From: Lytechinus pictus
Taxonomy: Eukaryota
Assembly (NCBI RefSeq): GCF_037042905.1
Contig: NC_087251.1
Coordinates: forward strand, 44,518,001-44,582,000
DNA length: 64,000 nucleotides
Reading direction: 5' to 3'
A program made the translations under genes and the position numbers. This document shows, one piece after another, positions 42,601 through 54,600 of the stretch (positions within the stretch are counted from its first letter, which is position 1; every line of letters begins with the position of its first letter). The notes beneath the pieces were generated by a model. It did no database searches. It was not told the DNA's origin and worked only from the letters and a program-made list of their open reading frames with translations.

Positions 42601-45600
42601 GGCTGGAGAACCCCGTATCGACTTCAGGGAAGATTCCAGGGCACTCCTGACCAAAGTAAAAGAGGAGAGTGAAAAGAACCTTGAGGAACTCCCCAAGTAT
42701 CCCAAACCCAAAGTGGACAAAGATGCTCAGCTCAAGGAAGCAGGGTATGGAATTTACTGAATGGGTGGTGTTGACGTATCGCACTCGTTGTGGTCAAAGA
42801 GTACTTTGGCTCCTCTTAAGATTTACTTGATAAAGAGTTCAATCTAGTTGTAACATTATCATTATTATTATGTTTTGATACACAAATATATTGCCAGTTT
42901 AGTCGGGTTATACTTTGATATCATGTCCGGTGGTCGTTTAATAAAGCTGCTCTTAAGTTAAGTTAAGAGTGACTTTAAGAATGCTAGTGATCCTTTCTTA
43001 CGCACTAAGCCATCGCCGGTGAACATTTGGGTGTATACCATTTACCACAAAAAAGGATCAACGGTCATTTTAAAAGTTGCTCTTAACTTACAAACAGCTT
43101 TATGAAACGGCCCCTAGGTAGTAATGATGGTGTGCTTGATTTGAGATGATACGGTGGTTTGAATGTGAAAATAATTTTTAAAAATACATTTTTCTGAATG
43201 CTTCCTTGAAGGAACTTTGTTTTACAATTATAAAGAGGCTTATAAGAGCTAGGGAATAACCACAAAAACTTTAATTTAGTATGTAAGTTCTCTAACAGGT
43301 TGACTGTTAATGTTTGAATGTTCATACATTTTTAATCCAATCTTGGATCACAGACAGATCGTGTGTGGTAGTCTTCGGCAGGTAGCAGGCTTATCTTATA
43401 ATAAATCAAATATTTATTGAATGTAATCCATTGCTTTTCTCCTCTTCCGATTCAAACAGTGAGGTGCTGATGGACACAGAACAAGACATTCCATATGATA
43501 TATTGATGACCAAGGTTGACATTCGATATGGCCAGTACGGCATGAACAACTTCTACAAGATGCAGGTCAGTTGACCCCTCCTTGCCCCGCTTTAGATTCC
43601 CACTACCAACTGTTGTTTTCGTTTCACTTCATTTTTCTTCTTATTGCATCAGGAGGGTTAATGATATTTACTTGTATGATGGTCAAGGGTGTATTTTTCA
43701 TAGGGTATAAGAGATTGCTTGAGTTGGTATTCCTTATAGTTGTATATAACGTATCACCGCTTTGATCTGGGCCCTGTCTTACAAAGAGTTGCGATTGATC
43801 CAATCAACCACAGCTATAGAAAATCAGCAACCCCAACATCTTAAATGAACACATCTGTGAAAAATTTGTTCTGAATATGATGCATATTTATACATGCATC
43901 ATTTTCTTGACTAATAAGTGAGGTCCTCTTTCCTTACAAAGGGACATTTTGCAAACTTTCTGTAGGAAAAATTAGGACAATGATGGATTTCTGTGGTTGA
44001 ATTCGATGGGATCAATCATAACTCTTTGTAAGACCGGATGCAGATCATGCTCTTAGGAGACGTTTCACTGCTTAATAATTGAGATTGCACACTAGATATT
44101 AGGTGCACGTCAGCACTAAGCATGACCCCCTCCCCACCCCGTAACAGTTTTTTAATACACAAATCATATAATGTAATAATAATAATAATAATAATAGGCA
44201 TTTGTATAGCACCATCTATCTAGAAACAATCTATTCCAAGGCACATTGTTAATTATTATCATGTACCCCCCCCCCCTCTAAAAAAGTGTTTCTCTTTGTT
44301 ATGTTTGTAAGCTTACCACAATTATTTCCTGTAATTGTACTTTTTTATATTATGATATATGATATAAAAATGTTGAATCAACTCTGTCTTGTTGTTCAGG
44401 TTGTCTTTGCCAAAGGGAAGGACATGTACATCCTGCTGACGAGATGGGGGCGCATCGGAGACTCGGGTCAATTCCAACGAACCCCCTTCGGCACGAAAGA
44501 GGAGGCCGTCACAGAATTCTGCAAGATCTTCAAAGCAAAGAGTGGCAATTTATGGTCCCAGATCAAAGAGTAAGTGTTTATTGAGATGTTTGGGTGCTAT
44601 GATGAGTGAATGCATACTAAAATGCTTCAACAGTTTGTCAGAATCTGGAGTAATGAAATACTTGGAACAGCAATGGGCCTGAAGCTTCACCTGGCAGTAG
44701 TAGCAGCACAGGTAACTTTGTCTCAGTCACATATTTTGGTATCACAGAAATATGTTTGACAAAGCAGTATATGACACATGTTGTGCATAATCTGGTTTTT
44801 AAAAATTGCTTTGATTGGGCAAATACTTAGTGGAAGATTGACTTATGCAAGTTTACCCAAATTATCTTGTCTAAATGATTACTTCGACATGAGCAAATTT
44901 TATAGTTACGAATTGATTGGTCTGCAAGTTTATCTGTACTTTTTGATGCTTTTGAATAAAAAACAATTTACATTTACAACTTCATGAATGGTAGTCATTG
45001 CAAAGCATCTTTCTTTCTTTGTGTAGATTCTCCAAGCATCCAGGGAAGTACAACTTGGTGAGAACAGACCCGTATTTTGATAGGAGAACAGTGAAGAACG
45101 TAGAGTTCAACCTCAAGTCAGACAAACCCTCCAAACTCCACTCAGGGACACAGAAATTACTTCAGGCACTCGTGAGTACAATCTTCTTTCGTTTCTCTGG
45201 AAAATCCCAAGGGATTATTTAAATGGTTCAAATTGCTTTTGGAAGGGCATGTATGTAGCTGACTATGACTGGTAGCAGGCTTGGTGGGATCTGTACCTAG
45301 GGACTGTTACATTAAACTTGCCAGCACCGACAAGTTTTCTTTCTCCAACAGTTACCATAGTGACAGTCAGAGGCCAGTGCGTCTGAGCCAAACGAAACCA
45401 AGGATTTCACAGATATTGTCAGTGCTGACATTTGAGTCAGTGCCAACATCTTTCATGAAATGCCCCCGGTAAACTTGACTTCATTTTCAAGGCTGACACA
45501 TAAGCGGGTGATTTCACAAATACCAACTTGAATTGCATCGCCATTTATCCATAATATATTGTTATTAGCCTTTACGGTCTACTTTTATTAATTAAATCTG

Positions 45601-48600
45601 ATTAATATGATTTTTGGATTATCATTTGAAACTGCTGTTTTAATATGATTCAACAACCAATCCTTGTCAAGGTATCCCTGGTAGATACCATTTGTAGCAA
45701 TGTTATCATGAATATTATGTAAATGAAGGAATGAATATTATGTAAATATACCATGAATGCTAAGTATATTTACCCTTGAATACTATGTATATTTACTATG
45801 AATACTATGTATATTACCATGAATAATAAGAATATTTACATGTGCAATTCTTACATTTTATTTCATAATCAGCATTACAGGAAAAAAGTATCAGTACGTG
45901 TTTATTTACCATGAGTACTAAGTATATTTACCATGGATACTAAGTGCAGTTACCATGAGATGTAAACATGAATGCCATTGGGCTCAAATGTGAGTAGACG
46001 AAATCATGCCCAATAATTATGAATTCTGTTTTTTTTTTTAAGACTTCACCAAGTATGTTGAAACATGCGATGAAGCAGTGTGGAGCATCAGAGAAGTTCC
46101 TTCCCTTTGGCCACTTACAAAGAGACGTCTTGGACTTAGCATCCAAAAAACTACAAGAAATCCAGTGAGTGGGGCTAGATACAATATTATGATAATGATT
46201 CATGTGATAAATCATGCAATAGATAAATGGTTGTATAACAGAAAAGGAAATTTTATGTTAAGGCAACCCTCCTGAATTGTGCATGGAATCATGTGAATCC
46301 TGATATTTTATTCCATAATCAGCATTGCAAAAAAAAAATGCCAGCAATGCTTCCTTTATCTGTCTGTTGTACAAAATGGTAGCCATAATCCTTTTCTTAA
46401 CAAGATGGTAAATATCATTTACATTAATGCAATTATTGCTGCAACGAAGCCATTTTAGTAATCCCAGAGAACATTTTCTGAACCAAGTTCCTGCTGTACG
46501 TGATCGTTTGGGTAAACTACCCATGCTTGTAATAGAGAATGGGCAAAAATTGGCATGAAAATTTAGATCAAGTATTAAACCTTTCCTTTGAGAAATTATG
46601 TTTCATTTTAATTTCTGTTGCAGTTCTTTTCCTTTTCGAATGGAAAGTTTCAGATTCAGATATTGTTGAACTTCTTAAAGGTTTTATTGAATGAGAGGAG
46701 AGAATTTTCTATCTTGTCTGTAATATTCAATCTTGGTGTTTAATGCATTTCTCCTGTTTTTCAAATCGTCAGGGACAACATCAAGAAGTTGGAGAAGGCT
46801 ACAACTATGAATCAAAGAATTGAAATATACGACAAGGTAAGTAACACCCTTTCCCCAGAAATAAGAATAAGTGGACTATACAGTTGTAGAATGTGAGCCG
46901 AAAGTTTCATTCCAATATGATTGTTGATGTATGAAGCATGATGCAAACAATCAGATGACATAATTGTCATTGCTGGTATTTAATGATTTGTTTTTTTAAT
47001 TGTTACCATGAAATTATCATTATCATGAAACTAACATCAATTTGTTTCATTTTAGAATTAGATGACTTAATTTATTTCAGATTTCTTTATGCTGGTAAAC
47101 AATTATTCTTTACTTCTGCTTCTTTGCTGATGTCGATTTTATCATGAAATTATCATTATGAAGACAACATCATCATGAAACTAAATCTTAATTTGTTTTA
47201 CCTTTCATTTCCTGTCAGATGGCTTCTTTGAATTCAGAGTTCTATATACTGGTTCCCATTAATTCCTTATTTTTGTTGTTATTTGTAGTCCTCTTTATAA
47301 TTAAATTGTCATGAAATTAACATCATGAAATAAAAATCATCACGTAATTAACATCACTTTCCATTCAGATGGCCTCACTGAGTCCTGATTTCTACATGCT
47401 GGTTCCCAACAATACCTGTATATACATTTGTTTTAAAATTGTCAACCATGAAATAAGCATCATGAAATAAACGTCATCAAGAAACTAACATAAATTTGGT
47501 TCATTTTCCATTCAGATGGCTTCGCTGAGTTCCTGATTTCTACATGCTGGTACCCAACAATACCTGTATATATATTTGTTTTAAAATTGTCAATCATGAA
47601 ATTAGCAAAATGAAACAAACGTAATCAAGAAACTAACCTAGATTTGGTTCATTTTTTCCATTCAGATGGCTTCGCTGAGTTCCAGATTTCTACATGCTTA
47701 TTCCCAACAATACCTGTATATACATTTGTTTTAAAATTGTCAGTCATGAAATTAGCATCATGAAATAAACGTCATCAAGAAACTAACATAAATTTGGTTC
47801 ATTGTTTCCATTCAGATGGCTTTGCCGAGTTCCGATTTCTACATGCTGGTACCCAACAATACCTGTATATATATATATTTTTTTTTTAATTGTTAATCAT
47901 GAAATAAGCATCATGAAATAAACGTCATCAAGAAACTAACATAAATTTTGTTCATTTTCCATTCAGATGGCCTCACTGAGTTCCAGATTTCTACATGCTG
48001 GTACCCAACAATACCTGTATATATATATTTTTTAAAATTGTTAATCATGAAATTAGCAAAATTAAATAAACGTCATCAAGAAACTAACATAAATTTTGTT
48101 CATTTTCCATTCAGATGGCCTCACTGAGTTCCAGATTTCTACATGCTGGTACCCAACAATACCTGTATATATATATTTTTTAAAATTGTTAATCATGAAA
48201 TTAGCAAAATTAAATAAACGTCATCAAGAAACTAACCTAGATTTGGTTCATTTTCCATTCAGATGGCCTCACTGAGTTCCAGATTTCTACATGCTGGTAC
48301 CCAACAATACCTGTATATATATATTTTTTAAAATTGTTAATCATGAAATTAGCAAAATTAAATAAACGTCATCAAGAAACTAACATAAATTTTGTTCATT
48401 TTCCATTCAGATGGCCTCACTGAGTTCCAGATTTCTACATGCTGGTACCCAACAATACCTGTATATATATATTTTTTAAAATTGTTAATCATGAAATTAG
48501 CAAAATGAAATAAACGTCATCAAGAAACTAACATAAATTTGGTTCATTTTCCATTCAGATGGCTTCACTGAGTTCTGATTTCTACATGCTGGTACCCAAC

Positions 48601-51600
48601 AATACCTGTATATACAGTATATATTTTTTTTAATTGTTAATCATGAAATTAGCAAAATGAAATAAACGTCATCAAGAAACTAACATAAATTTGGTTCATT
48701 TTCCATTCAGATGGCTTCGCTGAGTTCCAGATTTCTACATGCTGGTACCCAACAATACCTGTATATATATATATTTTTTTTAATTGTAATCATGAAATTA
48801 GCAAAATGAAATAAACGTCATCAAGAAACTAACTTAGATTTGGTTCATTTTTTCCATTCAGATGGCTGCACTGAGCTCCGAATTCTACATGTTGGTGCCC
48901 AACGATTCCTTCACTCATCAGAGCATGGAGCCCATCAATGATGCAGACACTGTAGAAACCTTGATGCAGCATCTAGCCGATATGGCTGACCTGGAGCTGA
49001 CGGGGAACCTGATGCTTGGTGCACAGCATAGGGTGGCAGGTAAGACTGAGTATTCCTGCTTGAAATTGCAGTCACAGCTAAGGATGAGAAGAGTTAGGTC
49101 TAGGAATGATCACGACTCGGTATGATGATGATGATGATAATGATACTACTACTACTACTACTATTATTATTCTTATTATCATTATTATAAATTGTTACTA
49201 CTGCTGGAATCATGAAGCACTTTTTCTAGAGGATTATAAAGCGCAACTATTGCTACCATGGCTTTAGCTCAAGCTAGCTTCCACTTTGGTATTCTTGATT
49301 ATATCCTACATAGATCAAATCATGTTTTGGTGATTGATTTTAAATAGCATCATGTGACCAAACATATTCTCACTATTTTGTGATGATGTTGAAAATGAAA
49401 TGCCCACTGAAGAAAAATTGCTATTCCGTGACAATGATGGAATAGTGCACTATTCCATCATTGTCGTCACAGATCATGACGGCGCAAGCACTAATACACG
49501 TTCCGCGCGCTGAGCGCGTGGCTTCCGGAAAAGTAGGTCAGTCAGCGCAGCAGGTTATCGTGGTTCAGATTAAAAAAGGATGAACTACGAGTACAGGAAC
49601 CTTGATTATCAAGATCTATTGCTCTAACTTATGAAAGTAGGATATAAAACAAATATACCTGGCCTTTATTTCGAAAGTATAGAGGGAATTATTCATCCTC
49701 GGTTGTACTGGCAAAATTACCATTTTCCCGCTATACTTACTCAAAGCCTGGTATATTTGTATACTATATATATCTTTCTGTCTGCCTTTCTCTCTTGCAA
49801 TATATTGTGGGATATCTTTGTTATGAAAGTGGAGGTGCCGTGGCCGAGTGGTCTAAGGCGCCTGGCTATACATAGAAAGTCCGGGGTTCGATCCCCGGCC
49901 GCCGCACCTATGCCCGTGAGCAAAGCATTTAATGTACAATGCTCTTTTATCCTGCTTTCAAATACATGGAAATGCTATATGCATTATTGGTAACTTGGTG
50001 TGCACTTGTTTAAAAAGAAAAATAATAATAATAATTTTGTTTTTGGTTGTTGCAGATATGAACCCTGTGGATTACATCTATCGATGCTTGGACTGTGAGA
50101 TCGTCCCACTGGAAGAGGACGATGTCATGGCTCAACTTATTCTTCAACAGATTCACAAGACAAGTGAGTATCCCTCATTTCGTTTCTTCTTACGGAACTG
50201 GGGGCCGTTTCATAAAGTTGTTAGTAAGTTAAGAGCGACTGGTGATCCTTTCTTACTCGCAAAACCATCGCTAATGAATATACCATTTATCAAAAGAAAG
50301 GATCACCAGTCGTTCTTAAAGTCGCTCTTAACTTACGAACAGCTTTATGAAACACCCACCAGGACTCGGTCTCTTCTTTGAATGTGATGATTATGACCTA
50401 AAATAATTCTATGTCAATAAACTTGTGTGGTGAACAGATATTCAAGAATAACAAACAAAGGATCTTAAGTCTAATCCATAGTTCAAATTCCCTCCTGGGA
50501 TCGCTGAATTTTTATATATTTTTATGTTTCAATAATGTAACATCTTAACATTTCAACATTGTAATATTTTAATATTAAATTTTTTTTTAATGTGTTTAAT
50601 ATATTGAATATGTGGAACATGTTGAATCAGGTGAATATCTAAATGCTTGAATATTTTGTGGTATTTCAGAGGATAGACAAAAGGTGAATGTACAGAGGAT
50701 CTACAGAGTGAGGAGGAAAGGAGAAGAAGATACATTAGCATCATGTAACCTTGACAACCACAAATTGCTGTGGCATGGGACTAAGCCTTTCAACATTCTC
50801 AGTATTCTCAGGCGAGGCCTAATCATGACGCCTATTGGAGTACCCGTCACAGGAATGCGATATGGATCTGTAAGCAAAACTGAGCATCTTATATTTTACA
50901 GTCTTTTTGCTCTTTAGTTTTCAGTGTAACTACGTTGATACTAAAGCAAATGATGAAAATAGCATTGCACTTACATGCCAATGGGCACATGGTTCTATGT
51001 AGAAAATCAATAGATTCCCCTTCTAAGTCTATGTCTTTATGTCTGGCTGTCTTTTCTTTTTTTCGGATCAACGTCATTTAAATTCTACTTCTTCCTTGTT
51101 GGGCGTGTTGTGGTCTAGTGGTTCTGACTCTCGCCTTTCAAACAGAGGGTTGTGGGTTCGAATCCTAGTCGTGGCGTGTTTTCCTTAAGCAAGAAATTCA
51201 TCCACACTGTGCTGCACTCAACCCAGGTGAGGTAAATGGGTACCGGCAGGAAATAATTCCTCAAAAAGCTATGTGCACCTGAATCGGTAGCCTAGCTTAG
51301 CCGGTTGATAATAGTAGCAGGGCCCGCTGGGAGAACAGTTTTTGGAACTGAAGTGGTTACCCGGGGTAAATATACCGTTATTATTATGTATCTCTTCATG
51401 TGGTATGAATGCTTTAGATTTGTGCAATTTATTTGTGGACTCTGTTTGGAAGTTGTAGCATGTGCATTTAGTGTCACATACACTTAGGAATTATAGGTAA
51501 CTTTGCTTAATTCAAATATATCTGGTGGGTGTTTCATGAAGCTGTTCGTAAGATACGAAGGACTTTACGCACGACTGGTGATCCTTTCTTGTGCTATGTG

Positions 51601-54600
51601 ATATCCCTATGCAATTGGTTTATGACCTAAGAACATGTTCCAGTCGTGCGTAACTTTACGAACAGCTTTATGAAACACCCACCTGGGCCACATATGTCTT
51701 TTTTGAGTTGGCAAGAAATTTGCCTTAGGAGAGGATAAAACACCTGTTTTCCATAATCTTGTATTAAATTACTTTGACTCAGGTGAATATCCGATTTGTG
51801 GAAGGTCCACTTATGCAAGTTTTACTTTGTAATCCATTTTGTTTTACTTTCAGGGTATATACCATGCTGACATGTTTACCAAGAGTTCTGCCTATGCCGA
51901 CAGCTATGGTGCAGACTTCAAAAGCCGTTTCCTCTTCGTCGATGAGGTAAGTCTGTTGGTTTACTTTCACTCCATGTTCAAGCGATTTGTCTACCCTAAG
52001 TAACGGACTATAAACCGCACCCGTGGATTAACCGCACCCCCAACTTTGGACTAAAAAAAAAAAAAAAAAAAATCCTCACATTATATTTGAGGTACGAAGA
52101 AACAAAAACTAAAAAAAGAGATTACCGGTATGCGGAAATCTGCTGTTCTTGATCAATTCATCTACAAATGTTTGCAAGAAAGAAAGGTCCCGACAATATT
52201 GGCCACTTACACACTCACTCACCTCACAGTCACAGTGTACACACACACAGCACTGCCGTTCTTGTACATTGCAAACTACGATACGGTACCAGTACATCTT
52301 ATCAAATAATGATCTGTGTCTTTCCCGCCGTAGGAGGAAGAAGCAATCACATTTCTTGCATCACAAACTCACAATCACTTTCAGAATTTGTCTAGCATTC
52401 GATGTCTTAGCATGAATTTTGGATACGGGATTACAGGAAGGTTCAAGAAACAAAGAAATTGGCATTTTTTACAGTTGTTTTGACGGCTTCGTGCCGTCTC
52501 TCTCGTTGCGTGGTGTACATGGTATCTTATGAAAAGCAAACGGGAAAGAAAAAATAAGCTGGTGCGAAACTGGACTTTGGAGGGGATCGAGGGTTAAAAT
52601 GAATAGCGCCAGCTTAAGTCGCACTGTAACCACAATACAACGCAAGCTAGCTCAGCTAACTCAACTCTCGCGCTCGCTCAGCTCAGCTGTGACAAAATAT
52701 TACCGAGTATGCTTGGCTTCTCTTTGAACTTAGCCAGGGAACTTCGCTGCTTTGAACCGAGAAGAAAGTCGAAATTAGTGTCATGAAGGTGGGTGCGTTT
52801 GTTATAATCGCTTCTCATTACCCGCGGCTCATACCCCTCTAAACGACATTGCCCTGGGCGGCTACGCCCGGCCACTCGATGTGTTGTGAACTGGCAGACA
52901 TGTTCGGGAGGGGTTACGACGGGCTGGCTCAGACCCGTCACCGTGGATAAACCGCACCCCCGACTTTTGCTTCTATCCCGCCGAGAAAAAGGTGCGGTTA
53001 ATAGACCGTTACGTACGGTACTTGTCATATGGGCTTAATCCATTTGGTCTATCAGTTTGGTTCAATAGCCATTTGGTTTACTAGACTCAATGATGCCACT
53101 AATTAAGATAATACCAAGACCCACTTAACAAAAAACATCATTCCAAAAATATAATTCAAGAAAGGATTTTTTTTTAGATGTTACATCCTTATTTGAGAAA
53201 GCATATTTCATCTGACAGTTACCATAGCACCTCTGCTTGTCGGGTCAATCGAAATCCAGGAAAGTAGTCGGATTCAACATCTTGTCAGACAAAAATGTTG
53301 ACGAAATGCTCCCCTGAGAAGTTTAATAATCTTTCTGTTCTCTCTGTGGTGTGCTTTCCTTCTCCATCACCACTTTCCATCCTTTGTTTTATAGGTTGCA
53401 CTGGGTAGCATGCAGACAGAGGATGCTGAACTGAAGAAAGGCTTCAACAGTCTCAAGAGCGTTGGAAGCGAAGAACCCAACCCTAATGGAGATCTTCTTC
53501 TCCCCACAGGTAGGAAAAAAAGATGTAATATCAATTCAATGCCTTTCGATGTATTTCTTTTTCTTTTTACCCATTTTCTCTCAGAAGTATGGTTTCAATA
53601 TTTTCGCTAATGAATTTTCATATACTGAAGGCCATCAAAGATTAACAAATTTCAGTGATCCATTTGTATTTTTCTACAACCCCCTTCTCCAATGCGAGAC
53701 ATTAAAGAGACATTAAAGGCCCTGTCACATCATTCAATGGAAGCCTTGCATGTGACTTGCGGGTGACTATTTTTGCTGCTCGCAGGTCGCCCGCACTGAC
53801 GGTATCTCACACGCAGTTGCCCTCGGAAACTCCTGCAAGTCTGATTTGCACGCAGAAAAGTTTTGAACTTGCTTAAAACTTTGTTGTGGGTAAGTTGCGG
53901 GCAATCACCCGCCACCCCCACCCCCAGGCTTGCACGGAACGATGTGATAGGGCCTTTAGAAATCAGCATTGGCTATTATTATCTGTGTAGGGCCGATTAG
54001 CAATGGTGCATTAGAAATATGTATTTTCGTTTGAATTATTATGCCTGTGCAATATCCGAGTGTATGGCCCAATGAACTGAAATCTGTCTAATTCTCCATA
54101 GACTTACATACATTTTTTTCTGTGCAATATTTTGCCATATTCCATGGTCTAAATGAAATGAGTTACAATCATTGAAGATAATAATTATTTTGGATGGATT
54201 TCCTTCATGGGATATCAGAAATATTTCACTCATTATGGATATTATTGTGCTCATTTTGATGTGTACATTATTTATGAATTTTCAGTTATTCTATCCATCC
54301 AGTATGATATAAATGTCAATTCAATTTTTCACAGAAGTATGATTTCATTATATTTTCACTGTTGAAATGTCATTTTCTGAGGACTATCAAAGATTTACAA
54401 ATTACAGTGATTCATACATAATGCAATACACCTTCCTCCTCCTTCATTGCTAGACATCTAAAAATAACCAGTGTTATCCAGAATCATATTTCACAAATAA
54501 AATTCATGAGAAAAGAATCTGCATACCAAGTAAAGTGTAGGTTTTTTTTTTTAAATTGAATCTTTCTTTAACAATGTTCATGTTCTATCTAGGTGCTGTT

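Noticed and set aside
46950..48910. Array as a CRISPR locus
   Set aside because: Units are near-identical along their whole length with no unique spacers, there are no cas genes, and the context is a eukaryotic intron.
49831..49908. tRNA-like sequences (also 7827, 12731, 13838, 25048, 32397, 51101) as real tRNA genes
   Set aside because: Stems are imperfect and each head runs into a repeat body and simple-repeat tail, as expected for SINEs.
52678..53028. 116-aa ORF as a transposase
   Set aside because: No DDE/D or HTH motifs; lies in a 1-kb non-autonomous element.
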